From the NCBI GenBank assembly GCA_965197965.1, contig OZ240235.1, forward strand, positions 90,621 through 154,620: a DNA stretch of 64,000 bases. The letters run 5' to 3'. The notes under the pieces are model-generated. The model saw only the letters and a list, made by a program, of their open reading frames with translations. It made no database searches and was not told the origin of the DNA. The position numbers and the translations under genes were made by a program. Below, one piece after another: positions 53,662 through 62,750 of this stretch. This DNA comes from Dehalococcoidia bacterium. GTDB taxonomy: Bacteria > Chloroflexota > Dehalococcoidia > Lucifugimonadales > QGNO01. Position 1 is the stretch's first letter, and the number at the start of each line of letters is the position of its first letter.

Positions 53662-54840
53662 CTACCACCAGGGGTCTCCCACGGGAAGACCAACCAGGAA
53701 TCCTCTCTCCGGCAAATAGACAACGGCTGTACCGTCCACCAGCGTCTCGCCCAGCTGGTTGAGGCCTGAGACGCGTATGTCCAGGGCGTGGTACTCCTCT
53801 GATCCTACGGTCTCTTTGTATTTCTTGACCACTTCTCCGGAGAGCCGCATGGTGTCTTGATAGCAAAAGTGGTTGGGGAGGTCAACAGTCAGTTTGCGGA
53901 GGAAACCCAGGTCTCCCATCCAGTTGGTGAGGAGCTGGGCAGCGCAGGCGAACCTCATGAGGCCTCTAGAGACGGGCATTTTGAAGCCAAGCGCCTGGAC
54001 GGACAGGATGTCTCCGTAGGCCTGTTCCACGTCAAAGTAGGGCCACTGTGTGCTGGGGTTGACGGTGATCCTGCCGGGCCGCTCCACCGCCGTTTGATGG
54101 GCGACTATGCCCAGATCGATGGAGGCGGGCTTGTGCTCCAAGAGACGCCAAGCCGCCAGCTCGTTGTAGTAGAGGGGACCTTTGACCAAAGTGGGCACCT
54201 TGTCGCCCACGTTGATCTCGCTCCAGTAGAGGGGCACCTCGCCGCGGTGCGGCGGTACGGCGTCCAAGTCGTCTTCCAGGCGCCGGACCTCATCCTCCGT
54301 AAACCTATGGATATCCCTGTCCAAGATGAGCGGGTCACCTAGCTGGTAGGGCGCCAGGGTTGCCGTGCCGGTGGCCCTGGCAAACACGGCGCCGTTCAAG
54401 GTGCGATAGGTAGCAGTCGAGTCCACCTCAGCAGTGGGCCGGTTACCCCAATTGTCACCCTCCCGCACGGCGGCAACACTAATGTCGCTGACCAGGCGCT
54501 CCGCCATGCGGATGACATCGCTCCACTCGGCGGAGGCGCGGGTGCTGAACCGGCGCAGTCCGTAGGCCTTCTGTTCGTAAGCTGCGCCGGAGTCGGGTGT
54601 GCGGACCGATAGAATGAAGGCGGGTGGCGCTATCAAGGTGTTGTAAGCAGTGCCCACGCCGCCGGTGGTGTCGTTGTAGAGTGGGTTCTTGTCGCCAAGG
54701 GCGGCGCAGAACCTCTGGATGGAGGACCAGTCGGCTTGCCTGACGCCTTGAGGGACGTCGGGCGCTTCTTGCCCAACGAACTGCTTGCTGTCTTCGATGA
54801 ACCGTTGCAAATCTGCGGAATTGGTTTGCGTTTCTACCAT
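53662..54840 (-). CDS. double hot-dog (MaoC-dehydratase-like) protein, 392 aa, probable partner subunit
   Basis: LGDKNPLYND and TNWMGDLGFLRKLTV motifs parallel to the downstream gene. 43-nt gap, same strand. Confidence 0.6.
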   Translation of the reverse strand: MVETQTNSADLQRFIEDSKQFVGQEAPDVPQGVRQADWSSIQRFCAALGDKNPLYNDTTGGVGTAYNTLIAPPAFILSVRTPDSGAAYEQKAYGLRRFSTRASAEWSDVIRMAERLVSDISVAAVREGDNWGNRPTAEVDSTATYRTLNGAVFARATGTATLAPYQLGDPLILDRDIHRFTEDEVRRLEDDLDAVPPHRGEVPLYWSEINVGDKVPTLVKGPLYYNELAAWRLLEHKPASIDLGIVAHQTAVERPGRITVNPSTQWPYFDVEQAYGDILSVQALGFKMPVSRGLMRFACAAQLLTNWMGDLGFLRKLTVDLPNHFCYQDTMRLSGEVVKKYKETVGSEEYHALDIRVSGLNQLGETLVDGTAVVYLPERGFLVGLPVGDPWW

Positions 54841-55044
54841 GCAGCTACTCCTTTCATGGCATATCTAAACATCTGCTTCTCATATACTGAGGTAGGAAGA
54901 TAGTCGTCTCCCTGTGGATAGTCAAGCGGCGGGCGGACAGACGGTCGTTCACGGCTTGAGATGCTTCGTCGGCGGGAGGTGGTTGAATGCAGGCGTGGTC
55001 TGACCGACTCCTCAGCATGACACTCCACCCCGCCGCCCCTGGAT

Positions 55045-55082
55045 GCCCGCCTGTCCGTATGTTCGTCCTCCTGCAGGCGGGC
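55045..55082. repeat. REP-like hairpin abutting the pfk stop codon
   Basis: CCCCTGGATGCCCGCCTG...CAGGCGGGC. 9-bp perfect stem GCCCGCCTG/CAGGCGGGC with a 20-nt loop. No U tract. Confidence 0.5.
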
Positions 55083-56099
55083 CTAGAAGAATAAAAGGCT
55101 CATCTCATATAGCGATGTGTCCAAGGAGCGCGTGGCAGCAACGGCTTCTTCTAGGGGTACGGTTACTATTTGGTTACCCCTCATCGCTACCATCTTGCCG
55201 AAGTTGCCCGCCGCTACTTCTTGCACTGCAGCGACTCCCAACCGTGTGGCCAGGATGCGATCAAAGGCTGTGGGAGGGCCGCCCCGCTGTAGATGGCCCA
55301 GCACAGTGACCCGCGTGTCGTAGCCGGTGCGCTTCTCTATTTCAGGGGCCAGCCGGTGACCTATTCCACCCAGGCTTGAATGCCTAAGAAGGTCAGGAGT
55401 CACCTGGCCGCTTAATTCTGTAGGAATAGCGCTTTCAGCCACAACCACAATACTGAAGTCTCTGCCGAACTCTTCGTGCCTCCGGCGCAGCCGATTGCAG
55501 ACGTCTTCCAGGGTGAAAGGGATCTCAGGAGCCAGGATGACATCCGCTCCGCCGGCCATCCCTCCCAACACGGCCACCCAACCCTCGTGACGACCCATTA
55601 CCTCTACAATCATCACTCTATTGTGTGCCTCCGCCGTAGAGTGCAACCTGTCCAGCGACCTTGCCACTTCCGTTACTGCGGTATCAAAGCCAATGCAGTA
55701 GTCCGTGCCGGAGATGTCGTTGTCAATGGTCTTGGGAACGCCAACCAGGGGAACGCCTTCTTGTGAAAGCCGGTTGGCCGCGCCCAGGGTACCGTTGCCT
55801 CCAATAGGGATCAGGGCGTCAATGCCAAGGCGTTTCATGTTTTCCATTACGGGGGAGGACCCATCTTCACGACTAAAGGGGTTAGTGCGAGATGTGCCGA
55901 GGATTGTACCGCCTTGTGGCAAGATGCCCTTAACGGTGTCCCGTGTAACCGGTACGGTGTCCAGGTTGAGGAGTCCAAGCCACCCTTGCCTGCTACCCAC
56001 GACTTCCCAACCTCTATTGAGAGCTGCCCTGGCAACGGCTCTGACGGCGGCGTTGAGCCCGGGTGCGTCGCCGCCTCCGGTCAGCGTGGCTATTCTCAT
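55083..56099 (-). CDS. 6-phosphofructokinase
   Basis: RIATLTGGGDAPGLNAAVRAV and IPIGGNGTL motifs of the PFK family. Phosphoryl donor not assignable by eye. Confidence 0.85.
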   Translation of the reverse strand: MRIATLTGGGDAPGLNAAVRAVARAALNRGWEVVGSRQGWLGLLNLDTVPVTRDTVKGILPQGGTILGTSRTNPFSREDGSSPVMENMKRLGIDALIPIGGNGTLGAANRLSQEGVPLVGVPKTIDNDISGTDYCIGFDTAVTEVARSLDRLHSTAEAHNRVMIVEVMGRHEGWVAVLGGMAGGADVILAPEIPFTLEDVCNRLRRRHEEFGRDFSIVVVAESAIPTELSGQVTPDLLRHSSLGGIGHRLAPEIEKRTGYDTRVTVLGHLQRGGPPTAFDRILATRLGVAAVQEVAAGNFGKMVAMRGNQIVTVPLEEAVAATRSLDTSLYEMSLLFF

Positions 56100-56266
56100 C
56101 TTAGAGCCTCCTTAACTGATGCGTTATTGGTAAACAGGCCGCAGAGGAAACGAACTGCCGCATGCCTCAGACGGCTATGCTTGGAGAATCGAGTTGTCAA
56201 AGGTAGTCTATAGGAGTGAGGGCATACAGGTGAAGCTGGGAATACGGGAATGGAGGAGACATTCTG

Positions 56267-57631
56267 ATGAAGGCTTTTGATCTGGTTGTCATTGGGACGG
56301 GTTCCGGATTAGACATTGCTGTTGAAGCCGCGGAGAGCGGTCTTTCCGTGGCGATTGTCGAGCCAGGCCCGTTTGGCGGGACGTGTCATAACCGGGGCTG
56401 TATTCCGTCCAAGATGCTCATCCACGTGGCCGACGTGATGGAGACGATCATGACAGCCGGCCAGTTCGGGATCAAGGCCAGCGTGGAGTCGGTGGACTGG
56501 CCGTTCATAATAAAGCGCACGTTTGAAGTCATAGACGAAGAGGCGAGACAGATAGAGGAGGCAAACGTACGCCAGCCCAACACTACCGTGTACAAAGGGG
56601 TAGGGCGGTTTGTGGGGCACAAGACCTTGGAAGTAAACGGAGAGCGGATAAGTGGGGAGACGGTGTTGATATCGGCGGGAACGAGACCTGTAGTGCCCAA
56701 TATCCCAGGTCTGGAGAGCGTGCCGTACTACACATCCGACGACGTTATGCGCTTGCCGGTCCAGCCGCGGCGCATGGTAATAGTCGGTGGGGGATACATA
56801 GCTGCAGAGATGGGGCATTTCTTTGGCTCGCTGGGTACGGAGGTCACTTTCCTGGTTCGGTCCGGGGCCATGGTTAGGGAAGAGGACGCCGAGATATCGA
56901 GGCGCTTTACTGAGATATACGAGGAGAGATTCAACGTTCTGCTCAATACAAGAATAGCCGGAGTTTCCAAGTCCGGGGTATCCCAGTCCGGCGAGGCTAT
57001 CCGGATAGAGACGGACAAAGGGGATGAGGTGGAGTGCGACGTGCTGCTGCTGGCCGCGGGCCGCGTTCCAAACACAGACATCTTGGAGGCCGCCAGGACC
57101 GGCGTGGAGGTGGACGAGCGGGGCTACGTCTGGACCGACGAGTACATGGAGACGAATGTATCGGGAGTTTGGGCGCTGGGCGATATAGTGGGTCGCTATC
57201 TGCTGAAGCACTCGGCCAATCTGGAGTCGGCGTACGCCGCGAACAATATGTTCAACCTGGGCAACAAGGTGCCCGTGGACTACTACGGCATGCCGCATGC
57301 TATCTTCGCCTCACCGCAGGTTGCGGGTGTCGGCCTCACCGAGCAGGCGGCAAGGGAACGCGGCCTCCCACACGTCGCGGTGAGCTACCGCTACTATGAC
57401 ACGGCTTATGGCGCGTCCATTGAAGACAAAGACGGTTTCGTGAAGGTAATCGCCGATCCTGAGACCAATGAGATTCTGGGATGCCACATAATTGGCACCG
57501 ACGCCTCAGCGCTCATTCAAGAGGCGGCCAATGCGATGAGGGTGCGCCTACCTACCGACGCCATAACCCAGTCGATTTACGTTCATCCCGCATTGCCTGA
57601 GGTGGTACAGCGAGCGTTCAGCTCTATTTAA
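56267..57631 (+). CDS. class I pyridine nucleotide-disulfide oxidoreductase (dihydrolipoyl dehydrogenase / mycothione reductase-like)
   Basis: VVIGTGSG FAD motif, GGTCHNRGCIPSK redox-active disulfide, C-terminal HPALPE dimerisation-domain motif. Confidence 0.85.
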   Translation: MKAFDLVVIGTGSGLDIAVEAAESGLSVAIVEPGPFGGTCHNRGCIPSKMLIHVADVMETIMTAGQFGIKASVESVDWPFIIKRTFEVIDEEARQIEEANVRQPNTTVYKGVGRFVGHKTLEVNGERISGETVLISAGTRPVVPNIPGLESVPYYTSDDVMRLPVQPRRMVIVGGGYIAAEMGHFFGSLGTEVTFLVRSGAMVREEDAEISRRFTEIYEERFNVLLNTRIAGVSKSGVSQSGEAIRIETDKGDEVECDVLLLAAGRVPNTDILEAARTGVEVDERGYVWTDEYMETNVSGVWALGDIVGRYLLKHSANLESAYAANNMFNLGNKVPVDYYGMPHAIFASPQVAGVGLTEQAARERGLPHVAVSYRYYDTAYGASIEDKDGFVKVIADPETNEILGCHIIGTDASALIQEAANAMRVRLPTDAITQSIYVHPALPEVVQRAFSSI

Positions 57632-57679
57632 AGGCATCCGCAGGCGATGCGGAGTGGTGATGGGAGCAACAGCTGCGTG

Positions 57680-58261
57680 CTAGATACCAGCTTTATCTGA
57701 TATGAGCTGGCGGATCTCCTTGACGCTTTCCTGCTGCCAGGCAGGGAAGCGGGCCGTAGTACGCTCACGGGTCTCGGCGCGGATTTCTTCGTCAGAGGCG
57801 CCGGACATCTCCTGCTTGACCTCAGCCTCTATCTGCGCCCGCTCCTCATTTGCCTTTGCGGGACGCTCAATCCAGTGCCCCAGGTAGTCATGGTCTCCGG
57901 TATAGAGAACCACGGTGGGGATGGACTGAAACTCGCCGTCTTTGAGGAATTCGTTCATGATGTCAAGGTTCTCATCTCTGGGGAAGACCCGTATCTCTAT
58001 GCCGGAGGCTTCTGAAATCCGGGCCATGACCGGCATGCCCCTGTACACGTCCGGGCACCAGTCCTCCCCTAGGACCAGCATCTTGGCGACTCCTGCCTCC
58101 ACAGCCTTCTTGAAGAAGTCCGCGTCGTCCTGGGAGACCTCCACACTCTCATAAAACTGCTCAAACCGGTCTTTGTTCACTTTTATCTGGGCAATGTAGT
58201 CGTTGTAGGTCAATCCGCTTGAAAACCTTTCAGGCGTTACTGCGCTGGTATTTTCACCCAT
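57680..58261 (-). CDS. thioredoxin-fold family protein
   Basis: MLVLGEDWCPDVYRGMP...IPTVVLY pattern. ATG 58261 has an AAGGAGGG RBS; the track start 58396 is less likely. Confidence 0.6.
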   Translation of the reverse strand: MGENTSAVTPERFSSGLTYNDYIAQIKVNKDRFEQFYESVEVSQDDADFFKKAVEAGVAKMLVLGEDWCPDVYRGMPVMARISEASGIEIRVFPRDENLDIMNEFLKDGEFQSIPTVVLYTGDHDYLGHWIERPAKANEERAQIEAEVKQEMSGASDEEIRAETRERTTARFPAWQQESVKEIRQLISDKAGI

Positions 58262-58448
58262 GATCCCTCCTTGGATGCTCATGTTCTGCCGGTAGTTTAC
58301 CTCTTTTTGGAGCTCCGTGCACACCGTTGAAACGTGCAACCCCGCCTGCTCTTTAGGAAAAATAGTAAGAAGGCAGTAAACTCTCTGTATTGCCAATAGG
58401 GCAACCGCAGAAAATTAACCAGAAATACAGCAGATTATCTCAACCCAC

Positions 58449-58477
58449 TTGACAAGTAGGGGAGGGCATGCTAGATT
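58449..58477 (+). promoter_or_regulatory. sigma-70-type promoter for ORF 58516
   Basis: TTGACA - 17 nt - TAGATT, followed by TTCAGCAGAATGTTCAGAATAA (imperfect direct repeat) and an AGAGGA RBS. Confidence 0.45.
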
Positions 58478-58515
58478 ATTCAGCAGAATGTTCAGAATAA
58501 ACAGAGGATTTGCTA

Positions 58516-59226
58516 ATGGCAAAGCTAGGAACATACTCATATCCGGATATTAGGTTCGGTGACGCCGTGGAAATTTCCGCCAGAATCCTGGCTAAATTCA
58601 AGGGCGGTGTTGGAGTCAAGGGTCTGGCTTGGGAGTTGGGAATGGCGGAGAACAGCGGCACACTTTTCGCTAAGGTAGCCGCATTACGCGATTTTGGCCT
58701 GGTAGAGGGCAGAGGTGAGTTGAGAGTGACCGACCTCTGCCGGAAGATCCTCCACCCGGCGAATCCCGACGAGGGCCGCTGGGCAAGAGTGCAATCCTTC
58801 CAGAGGATAGACCTGCTGAGAGCCCTGTACGACAAGTTCAATGGCGAGGCCCCGGACGATTCCACGCTTCTCATTGCGCTGGAGGAGATAACCAAGGCTC
58901 CGCGGGAAGAGATAATACGCCGGTTCACCCTAATTCAGAAGCATCTCATAGATGCCGCCAGGATCATGAAGAGCGCTTCTGCGGCTTCAGAAACCGCGCC
59001 GGCCGCCAACGCGCAGCCGGCACCCTCCCCATCTTCAGGCACCGATACAGGGCCGTTTGCGGAAGCCATGGGGGACGCATCAGGACTTTACCTTGCTGCT
59101 GGTAGTGCACGCCTTACGTCGCCTCTAACAGCCGAATACCTGGATGTTGCTATCAACTTGCTCAAGGCGCTCAAGGTAACCTTAGAGGAAGAGCAACATG
59201 CAGCGGCTGTAACGGGGCAACAGTAG
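58516..59226 (+). CDS. hypothetical protein (possible winged-helix N-domain)
   Basis: ATG 58516. MAKLGTYSYPDIRFGDAVEISARIL...ALRDFGLVEG. Ala/Pro-rich linker. No family recognised. Confidence 0.5.
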   Translation: MAKLGTYSYPDIRFGDAVEISARILAKFKGGVGVKGLAWELGMAENSGTLFAKVAALRDFGLVEGRGELRVTDLCRKILHPANPDEGRWARVQSFQRIDLLRALYDKFNGEAPDDSTLLIALEEITKAPREEIIRRFTLIQKHLIDAARIMKSASAASETAPAANAQPAPSPSSGTDTGPFAEAMGDASGLYLAAGSARLTSPLTAEYLDVAINLLKALKVTLEEEQHAAAVTGQQ

Positions 59227-59241
59227 CCCAGGCGAGCACGG

Positions 59242-59619
59242 GTGGGAGTCAGCAGAAAGAGGGCGCTCGATTACGCTGAAAAGCTAATGGAGCGCCCTCG
59301 CGGCGCCATAAGGCTGCGGCTGCGGCGCGGCAAAAGCGGTACAACGCTTCTGCACGATGGAAGGGCCGTCACACGGTGCTACGCTAATCGCCTTGGCCAA
59401 GCCCAAGCCAGTGAAATGGCTAAGGCTTTGGGGGTATCTGTCCCGGGAATTGGCGAGCACGTGGACGTTACGGTCCCGAACGGGACACTCTTCCGCGCCA
59501 TAGCCATATCAGCGTTGGACCTTCGCATTCCTGGGATAGAAGTGCTGCTGGAGCGTTATCAAGAGGAAGCCGCCATGTCCAGAGGGCTGGGCAGCTTTGT
59601 AGAGTCAGCAGGCCATTAG
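59242..59619 (+). CDS. hypothetical protein (125 aa)
   Basis: GTG start 15 nt after the upstream stop. The 3' end overlaps the uvrC stop by 4 nt (convergent). No family recognised. Confidence 0.4.
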   Translation: MGVSRKRALDYAEKLMERPRGAIRLRLRRGKSGTTLLHDGRAVTRCYANRLGQAQASEMAKALGVSVPGIGEHVDVTVPNGTLFRAIAISALDLRIPGIEVLLERYQEEAAMSRGLGSFVESAGH

Positions 59620-61532
59620 CCCAAGTGCTCTTTGATCCTTTCGGCAAGCGCCATGTTGACGCCTGGCACTTCGGCAAGCTCCGGCAACGTTGCCGCCTTT
59701 ACTCCGGCCACCGAGCCGAACTTCTGAATGAGCATCCTGCGTTTCTTTGGGCCTACGCCCGGTACGGAGTCCAGCAATGACTTCACAGCGCCTCTGCTTC
59801 GTCTCTGACGGTGGTATGTGACGGCGAACCTGTGGGCTTCGTCACGGATGCGTTGCACCAAGAACAGCCCCTGCGACCCTTTGGGAAGAACTATGGGGTC
59901 TGGATCATGGGGGAGGAACAGCTCCTCTCGCTCCTTGGCCAGGCTGGCTATGGCGATTCTGTCCACCAAACCCAGCTCTAGGAAGACCTGAAGAGCGGCC
60001 GACAAATGGCCTCTCCCTCCGTCGATCAGGACCAGGTCAGGTATGATGCCCCACGTCTCTCCGTCAACACGTTGACCGTTTGTGGGCGTGGAGCCGCTCT
60101 GGTCATCGGGGTCTGCGTGGTCGTCGACGCGCTGCAGTTGTTCACCCAACTTGCGGAACCTACGACGCAGCATCTCCTGCATCATCGAATAATCATCTAC
60201 ACCTTCCACGGATTTGATCCGGAAACGGCGATAGTGACCGTTCTTGGGTCTGCCTTCCTCGAAAACTACCATTGAACCAACGGGATTGCTGCCCTGGATA
60301 TTAGAGATGTCGTAGCACTCCATGCGGCTTGGCAGCCTGGGCAAGCTCAGAGCTTCTCCTACCTCGTTCATGGCTTGCTGTAGATTGTTCGTATCGGATA
60401 GCCATTTTACCGCCCGTTGTTGAAGGCCCTGAGCCGCATTGTCAGCCACCATTTGCACCAAACGACGCTTTGCACCGCGTTGAGGGGCGAGCAGCTTCAC
60501 CTTAGTGCCTCGCTTATTGCCCAGCCACTCTTCAATAACGGGTTTGTCCTTGTCGACGTTGTGCTGTAGGAGCACTTCTCTGGGCACGTGGGGCGCGGTA
60601 TCGTAGAACTGTTTGATGAAGGTCTCCATGATTTGAGGGGGTGCGTCTTCCCGGACACCCTCCATGATGAAGTGGTCTCTTCCGGTCAGCTTGCCCTGGC
60701 GTACAAAGAAGACCTCAACCCAAGCTTCGTCTCCGCCGACGGCAAAGGCAATGGCGTCCTGGTCCGAGCGGTCTTGTGAAACCACCTTCTGGTTCTCGTT
60801 AACCCTTTCTATGGCTCTTATCTGGTCCCTGAGAGCGGCTGCCCTCTCAAACTGCAACCCTTCCGAGGCGGAGCGCATCTTCTTATTGAGATCGCGGAGC
60901 ACCTGGTCCGTTTTGCCCTCCATGAACATGATGACCTGGTCAATGATCTCCCGGTACTCATCTCTGTTCACAATGCCTATGCAGGGGGCGGCACAGCGGT
61001 TTATGTAGTATTCCAAACAGGGCCTGGGGTCTTTGCCGGTGATAACCTTGGTGCAAGACCTGTAGGGGAACAGCTTCTTGAGCAGCGCCATGGTGGTGCG
61101 CACCGAACCGGCGCTGGCGAACGGGCCGAAGTACCGTGACTTGTCGTTCTGGATGCGACGGGTGAAGTAGAGCTGCGGGAAATCTTCGTTGAGGTCTATC
61201 TTGATGTACGGGTAGGTCTTGTCGTCTTTGAGTCTGGCGTTGTACCTGGGCTTGTATCTCTTGATCAGCGTGTTTTCCAGGAGGAGCGCTTCCGCCCCGG
61301 TCTCGGCAACCGTGTACTCAAAATCGGCGATGCTGGCCACCAGGTTGCGTACTCTGGGCTCCAGGTTACTGAGCGAGCCAAAGTAGCTGCGCAAGCGGCT
61401 GCGCAGGTTGGCGGCCTTGCCTACGTAGATAACATTCCCTTCCGCGTTGCGCATGAGGTATACGCCGGGCAGGGTAGGGGTGGCTTTCAAGCGGTCTGAT
61501 ATGGCCAGTGGAGTCATAGACATCTTGAACAT
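59616..61532 (-). CDS. uvrC: excinuclease ABC subunit C
   Basis: GIY-YIG N-terminus (PGVYLMRNAEGNVIYVGKA...RLRSYF), UvrBC domain, and C-terminal (HhH)2 region LLDSVPGVGPKKRRMLIQKFGS. Confidence 0.95.
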   Translation of the reverse strand: MFKMSMTPLAISDRLKATPTLPGVYLMRNAEGNVIYVGKAANLRSRLRSYFGSLSNLEPRVRNLVASIADFEYTVAETGAEALLLENTLIKRYKPRYNARLKDDKTYPYIKIDLNEDFPQLYFTRRIQNDKSRYFGPFASAGSVRTTMALLKKLFPYRSCTKVITGKDPRPCLEYYINRCAAPCIGIVNRDEYREIIDQVIMFMEGKTDQVLRDLNKKMRSASEGLQFERAAALRDQIRAIERVNENQKVVSQDRSDQDAIAFAVGGDEAWVEVFFVRQGKLTGRDHFIMEGVREDAPPQIMETFIKQFYDTAPHVPREVLLQHNVDKDKPVIEEWLGNKRGTKVKLLAPQRGAKRRLVQMVADNAAQGLQQRAVKWLSDTNNLQQAMNEVGEALSLPRLPSRMECYDISNIQGSNPVGSMVVFEEGRPKNGHYRRFRIKSVEGVDDYSMMQEMLRRRFRKLGEQLQRVDDHADPDDQSGSTPTNGQRVDGETWGIIPDLVLIDGGRGHLSAALQVFLELGLVDRIAIASLAKEREELFLPHDPDPIVLPKGSQGLFLVQRIRDEAHRFAVTYHRQRRSRGAVKSLLDSVPGVGPKKRRMLIQKFGSVAGVKAATLPELAEVPGVNMALAERIKEHLG

Positions 61533-61627
61533 ATTCTAGCATTTGGAAATAAGAGGATTTAAGGGTACTCTGAGTGTATGCACTTGGAATAAGAACGGTG
61601 TAGACGCCTCAATAGGGAAAAGCCTTC

Positions 61628-62668
61628 GTGAGATATCCTTGGGCAAACATTCTGCTGCTGATACTGGGGACCGTAGAGCTGGCGACGGGTCTGATGGGTC
61701 TCATTTGGGGTTCACCGGATAGGGCCATTGCCCTTCAAATACACCGGATTGTCGGTTTCAGTATAGCCTTGGTCTTGCTGTGGAAGGCAAGGAACATTCT
61801 CCCACCATTGCGCAGGCGGAGTCGATGGAAGCGGCAGCCATACAACTTCACCATCTTTACCGTAGCGCTGAGCCTGCTGCTGGCGTCACTTCTGCTGGGG
61901 CTGACCTGGAGCAATGTTGGCTCGTTCTATTTCCTGGGATTCAGCGGAGTAAGCTGGCACATCTATTTGTCTGTGGCTCTTGTTCCACTCGTGGCCTGGC
62001 ACGTGGTGTTCCATAGATGGAGTCTCAGGCCGCGCTTCTGGGCAGATAGACGCGTCTTCCTCAAATACGGCGGTATAACTGTGGGAGGCCTCATCTTCTG
62101 GCGCCTTAGCGAAACGGCTTTGTCGGCTTGGTCCCTGCCCGGGATGAATCGCAGGTTCACCGGCTCGTACCACGCCGCCAGCTTTTCAGGCAACGCCTTC
62201 CCCTCTGTTTCATGGCTAAATGACAGGCCTGAGCCAGTAGACAGCGAATCCTGGCGTCTAAGCGTGGTTGGCCTGGTCGATACGCCACTGCATATCAATT
62301 TCCGGGACGTCAGCGCTTACACCAAGACTGTAACGGCTACAATCGATTGCACAGGCGGCTGGTACTCCACCCAGGAGTGGGTAGGGATGCCGCTGAAGGA
62401 GTTGCTGGACAGGGCAGGGGTCAAAGAGGGGGCCGCCAGCGTCACGGTGCGCTCGGTGACCGGCTACTACCGGCGGTTTTCGCTGGCGGAAATCAGGGAG
62501 TACATACTTGGGACAACGGTAGGCGGCGAACGACTTTCGCACTGGCACGGGTTCCCGTTGCGGCTGGTGGCGCCCGGTAAACGCGGGTACGATTGGGTGA
62601 AGTGGGTTGAAAGGGTGGAGGTCAACGACACCAGCAAGTGGCTTCAGCCTCCTTTGCCGCTGCAGTAG
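61628..62668 (+). CDS. membrane-anchored molybdopterin-dependent oxidoreductase (sulfite oxidase/YedY fold)
   Basis: Four or five N-terminal TM helices, then an Oxidored_molyb-like TATIDCTGGWYSTQEWVGMPL...HGFPLRLVAPGKRGYDWVKWV. Confidence 0.75.
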   Translation: MRYPWANILLLILGTVELATGLMGLIWGSPDRAIALQIHRIVGFSIALVLLWKARNILPPLRRRSRWKRQPYNFTIFTVALSLLLASLLLGLTWSNVGSFYFLGFSGVSWHIYLSVALVPLVAWHVVFHRWSLRPRFWADRRVFLKYGGITVGGLIFWRLSETALSAWSLPGMNRRFTGSYHAASFSGNAFPSVSWLNDRPEPVDSESWRLSVVGLVDTPLHINFRDVSAYTKTVTATIDCTGGWYSTQEWVGMPLKELLDRAGVKEGAASVTVRSVTGYYRRFSLAEIREYILGTTVGGERLSHWHGFPLRLVAPGKRGYDWVKWVERVEVNDTSKWLQPPLPLQ

Positions 62669-62750
62669 AGGGCCGTCAGAGCATAGTTTATTGAAGCCGA
62701 ACCGTGCCCTAAGCTAGAATAGAGTTCACGGCCAAGCTAATTTAAGAGTC

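Noticed and set aside
56309-57298. 329-aa minus-strand ORF
   Set aside because: Antisense to the flavoprotein disulfide reductase, which carries the FAD and CxxxxC motifs.
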